DNA of 10,170 nucleotides, from contig JBDRFG010000004.1 in NCBI GenBank assembly GCA_043819135.1, forward strand, positions 1-10,170. The letters are read 5' to 3'. This stretch comes from Candidatus Eiseniibacteriota bacterium (GTDB lineage Bacteria; Joyebacterota; Joyebacteria; Joyebacterales; Joyebacteraceae). The position numbers were made by a program, and so were the translations under genes. This document shows, piece by piece, positions 7,322-10,170 of this stretch. Position 1 is the first letter of the stretch, and every line of letters begins with the position of its first letter. Under the pieces are notes generated by a model. That model was not told where the DNA came from. It made no database searches and saw only the letters and a list, made by a program, of their open reading frames with translations.

Positions 7322-8690
7322 CGACACAGCCCCGAAGAGCAAGCTGCTCCTGGTCGATGACGACAGACCGTTCCTGGAGGACGCGGTAGCCGTCCTCTCC
7401 AGGGACTTCGACTGCGTGTCCGTCGCGAACCCCGACGACGTTCTCAGCATGTGCGACGTCGAGGATCCCGACGTCATCCTCCTGGACCTCGACTTCGCCG
7501 GCGAGCCCCTGGGGTTCGAACTCCTCCCGGCCATCAAGGACGCGAACCCGTATCTCCCGGTCGTCATGTGGACGGAGACCGACGACGTGCTCGCGAGGCT
7601 CCGCGCGCAGGAACTGGGCGCCTTCTACTTCGTCCACAAGGCGGCGCGCCCGGGCGATCTCAGAGTGGTCATAGACGCGGCTCTCAGGAAGAACCGCGCG
7701 TTGCTTGCCAATCGCGCGATGCGGGCGGAGCTCGACAGGGCCTGGGGCAACCTCATCTACGCCAGCGACGAAATGCGCCAGGTGGTCGAGACGGCCGCGC
7801 GGGCGGCCGAATCCGACCACACCGTTCTCATAACGGGGGACACGGGAGTGGGGAAGGGCGTCGTGGCGTACGAGATCCACAAGAGGAGCGGGAGGGCCAG
7901 TCAGGAGTTCATGGTGGTCGAGTGCGCCGGCATCACGGAGCAGCTCGCGGACAACGAACTCTTCGGGCACGAGCGCGGCGCGTTCACCGGCGCGTACCGC
8001 AGGGAGCCCGGCGTCTGCGAGGCGGCGCACCACGGGACGCTCTTCCTGGACGAGATAGGCGATATGCCGGCGAGCATCCAGGCGAAGATCCGCAGGGTCG
8101 TGGAGGACAATAGGATTCGGCGCGTGGGCGGGCAGAAGGAGAAGCTGGTCGACATCCGCGTTATCGCCGCCACGAACCGCAACCTTGAGGAGGACGTCGA
8201 GGCTGAGCGCTTCCGCAGGGACCTGTTCTACCGGCTGAACCTCGTGAGGATACACATTCCGCCGCTCTCCGAGAGGAAGGCGGACATCCGGCCGCTCGCC
8301 GTGCACTTCCTCGGGGCATTCACCGCGTCGATGCCCGAGCCGTACGAACTGTCGCCCGAGGCCGTGATGTATCTCGAGAGCCGCGAGTGGCAGGGCAACG
8401 TGCGCGAGCTCAAGAACGTCGTCGAGCGCGCCTGCATCATGTCGGCGGGGCCGATCCTGACGGCCGAGGACCTCTCCGGGAGGCGGGGAGAAGCGACGAC
8501 CGTCATCAGCTGGGCGCGTCAGAAGACCGCGAAGCTGGCCAGGGCCGAGCGGGAAGCCGTGCTCGAGGCGCTCATCGCCGGACAGGACAAGACGAAGGCC
8601 GCGGAGCTTCTGGACGTGTCGAGGGACTTCATTCACAACGTCATCAGGCGCCGCGCCATACGCGACGAGGAGTGGAAGAAGTCGAAGTAG
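7314..8690 (+). CDS. Sigma54-dependent NtrC/AtoC-family response regulator (REC - AAA+ - Fis HTH)
   Basis: 458 aa with GGAG RBS. REC: LLVDDD, phospho-Asp D58 (LLDLD), Thr and Lys. AAA+: Walker A GDTGVGK, ELFGHERGAFTGA (7977-7994), Walker B LFLDEIG, AATNRNL, FRRDLFYRLN, WQGNVRELKN. C-terminal HTH: KTKAAELLDVSR. Confidence 0.96.
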   Translation: MSDDTAPKSKLLLVDDDRPFLEDAVAVLSRDFDCVSVANPDDVLSMCDVEDPDVILLDLDFAGEPLGFELLPAIKDANPYLPVVMWTETDDVLARLRAQELGAFYFVHKAARPGDLRVVIDAALRKNRALLANRAMRAELDRAWGNLIYASDEMRQVVETAARAAESDHTVLITGDTGVGKGVVAYEIHKRSGRASQEFMVVECAGITEQLADNELFGHERGAFTGAYRREPGVCEAAHHGTLFLDEIGDMPASIQAKIRRVVEDNRIRRVGGQKEKLVDIRVIAATNRNLEEDVEAERFRRDLFYRLNLVRIHIPPLSERKADIRPLAVHFLGAFTASMPEPYELSPEAVMYLESREWQGNVRELKNVVERACIMSAGPILTAEDLSGRRGEATTVISWARQKTAKLARAEREAVLEALIAGQDKTKAAELLDVSRDFIHNVIRRRAIRDEEWKKSK

Positions 8691-8727
8691 TCTGGTAACC
8701 TTGACAGGACGCCGAAAGAACTGCGGG

Positions 8728-8741
8728 GGCACGGTCGCAGC
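8728..8741 (+). promoter_or_regulatory. Possible degenerate sigma54 (-24/-12) promoter for the GNAT-thiolase operon
   Basis: GGCACGGTCGCAGC has exact GG-N10-GC spacing and a GGCACGR -24 box (consensus TGGCACGRNNNTTGCW). It mismatches at the upstream T and at the TT before GC. It lies about 40 nt before the ATG, with a GGAGG RBS at 8771-8775. Confidence 0.35.
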
Positions 8742-8782
8742 GCGGCCGCGGCAACGTCAATAGCGCACACGGAGGTTCACAC

Positions 8783-9532
8783 ATGCCCGTAGACCTTGAA
8801 AAGATACTGCGTCCCGTAGACAACCCGATGCCGCCCTTCCCGGCGAAGCATATGACGGTCGCGAGCGGGGAGGAGATGGTCATCCGCCAGGTGACGCGCG
8901 ATGAGATCCCGTCGATCCTGCCGCACGTGGCGCCCCTCGTCTGGGTCGAGCGCGACTTCTACGACGTCGTCGCAGCGCGCGTCTACGCCGAGCTGCTGGC
9001 GTTCTACGCGCACCGCATGCAGGACGAATACGTGCTCGTCGCGCAGATTGACGGCGAGTTGTGCGCGGTGGTGAACGGGCGGACGGTGAACAAGGACGTC
9101 GGGATGTCGCTCCACACGCTCGCGATGCGCAGGGGACTCCGCATCGGCGCGCATGCTTTCGCGGCCAAGATGGAGTACCACATGGACATCCTCGGCCAGA
9201 AGGAAGTGCTCATCGTCGCCGAGTCGCCCATCGGGTTCCGCCGCTGGATGGTCGAGTACCACCTCGAGAAGCGCTTCGACGTCGCGCACGAGCTCGGTGG
9301 CGTGCCGTCGTGGGCGCTCACGAAGGAACTGTTCGATCGTGCGCGCGACACGCTGGTCGTCGGCCGCCGTCCAGTGCCGGACGAACTCCTGGCGAAGGCC
9401 AAGGCCGCCATCCTGCCGCCGTCGGACCCGCCGACTCCGCCCGAGGACCTGCTCGCGGCGACGCGCGCGAAGTACGACCCGACCGGCACGGCGCTGGTCC
9501 TCCAGCGCTGGAAGCAGGAAGGGAAGGTGTGA
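8783..9532 (+). CDS. Conserved-looking protein with probable GNAT (N-acetyltransferase) fold
   Basis: 249 aa with strong GGAGG RBS. GNAT-like order of elements: MVIRQVTRDE (beta1-alpha1), YVLVAQIDGELCAVVNG (beta2-beta3), motif-A-like LHTLAMRRGLRIGAHAF, EVLIVAESPIGFRRWM. Pro-rich C-terminal tail. Confidence 0.65.
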   Translation: MPVDLEKILRPVDNPMPPFPAKHMTVASGEEMVIRQVTRDEIPSILPHVAPLVWVERDFYDVVAARVYAELLAFYAHRMQDEYVLVAQIDGELCAVVNGRTVNKDVGMSLHTLAMRRGLRIGAHAFAAKMEYHMDILGQKEVLIVAESPIGFRRWMVEYHLEKRFDVAHELGGVPSWALTKELFDRARDTLVVGRRPVPDELLAKAKAAILPPSDPPTPPEDLLAATRAKYDPTGTALVLQRWKQEGKV

Positions 9533-9534
9533 CA

Positions 9535-10170
9535 ATGCGCGACGTCTACGTCATCGGCATCGGCATCACGTCCTTCACGCGCCTGGAGTATCCGCTCTCC
9601 GAGATCGCGGCTTATCCTGCTATGATGGCCATGAAGGACGCCAGCACGCGGGAGATAGACCACCTCTACGTCGCCAACATGGGTGGCGGGCGCGTCAACC
9701 ACCAGACGGGGCTGGCAAGCGCCGTCGTCGATACCCTGAGTCTCACGCCCGCGGGAGCCGAGACCATCGAGAACGGCCCGGCCTCGGGCGGCTCCGCGGT
9801 CAAGACGGGCTACATGGCCGTCGCGTCCGGACTTCACGACACGGTGATGGTCACCGGCGCCGAGCGCATGCGCGAGGTCAACAACCTCGATGCGACCGAC
9901 TTCGTCGCGACCCTGACGCACCCCCTGGCTGAGCACATCTACGGCGTGACGCTGCCCTCGCTGGCCGCAATGTTCACGCGCCTCTACATGGAGAAGTACG
10001 GCGTGACCGAGCGACACCTCGCAATGGTCGCCGTCAAGAACCAGAACGCCGCGCTCAAGAACAAGTTCGCGCACCTCCAGCAGAAGATATCGCTGGAGGG
10101 CATCCTCGACTCGCCGGAGGCGATGACGAACAACCCGTACGTCTCGGAGCCGCTCCGGTTCTTCGACTGC
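9535..10170 (+). CDS. Thiolase-superfamily protein (SCP2/archaeal type) lacking the N-terminal catalytic Cys; 3' end truncated
   Basis: Hand translation from ATG 9535, 2 nt after the upstream TGA, open for 212 codons to the window end: MRDVYVIGIGITSF...IDHLYVANMGGG...AETIENGPASGGSAVKTGYMAVASGLHDTVMVTGAERM...YMEKYGVTERHLAMVAVKNQNAALKNKFAHLQQKISLE...VSEPLRFFDC. These are typical SCP2-thiolase motifs. Confidence 0.92.
   Translation, partial: MRDVYVIGIGITSFTRLEYPLSEIAAYPAMMAMKDASTREIDHLYVANMGGGRVNHQTGLASAVVDTLSLTPAGAETIENGPASGGSAVKTGYMAVASGLHDTVMVTGAERMREVNNLDATDFVATLTHPLAEHIYGVTLPSLAAMFTRLYMEKYGVTERHLAMVAVKNQNAALKNKFAHLQQKISLEGILDSPEAMTNNPYVSEPLRFFDC

Noticed and set aside
2820..7567. Alternative-frame and antisense ORFs over the FG-GAP and kinase genes, including 2825-3067
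   Set aside because: Shadow ORFs. The ATG at 2825 lies inside the TATAAT box and would be upstream of the predicted TSS.
8701..8706. Perfect TTGACA (-35 box)
   Set aside because: No -10-like hexamer 16-18 bp downstream (CGGGGG), so it is not called as a sigma70 promoter.
7233..8732. 499 aa minus-strand ORF
   Set aside because: Antisense shadow of the well-supported NtrC-family gene. Long stop-free antisense frames are expected at high GC, and it has no recognisable motifs.
8721..8750. GC hairpins after the regulator stop as an intrinsic terminator
   Set aside because: Short stems and no following U-tract.
8777..10074. 252 aa and 356 aa minus-strand ORFs and a 259 aa plus-strand off-frame ORF
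   Set aside because: They overlap the GNAT-like and thiolase genes, which have RBSs and family motifs. The translations are Arg/Ser-rich or antisense-mirror sequences.
1..10170. RiPP precursor or microcin-like cluster suggested by TldD/E; CRISPR, tRNA or IS elements
   Set aside because: No small precursor ORF with an RBS, no YcaO or radical SAM gene, no regularly spaced DNA repeats, cloverleaf or transposase motifs. The intergenic gaps are only 192 and 92 bp.

Overview
GC-rich bacterial chromosomal window with three blocks. (1) On the minus strand, a translationally coupled pair of TldD/PmbA(TldE)-family proteins, both with signal peptides. The first (1005-2708) keeps HExxxH plus the C-terminal Cys. 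The second (<1-1008, absent from the ORF track, runs off the left edge) lacks the Zn motif. (2) Diverging from them on the plus strand, an overlapping three-gene signalling operon: a secreted FG-GAP/VCBS-repeat protein (2901-4673), a membrane sensor histidine kinase with a large extracytoplasmic region and an atypical H-box (4670-7321), and an NtrC-family sigma54 activator (7314-8690). (3) Downstream, after a degenerate -24/-12-like motif, a GNAT-like protein (8783-9532) and an SCP2/archaeal-type thiolase-fold gene (9535->10170, also absent from the ORF track) whose nucleophilic Cys position is Pro (ENGPASG). No RNA genes, mobile elements or CRISPR arrays were seen. All family calls come from motif recognition, not database searches.
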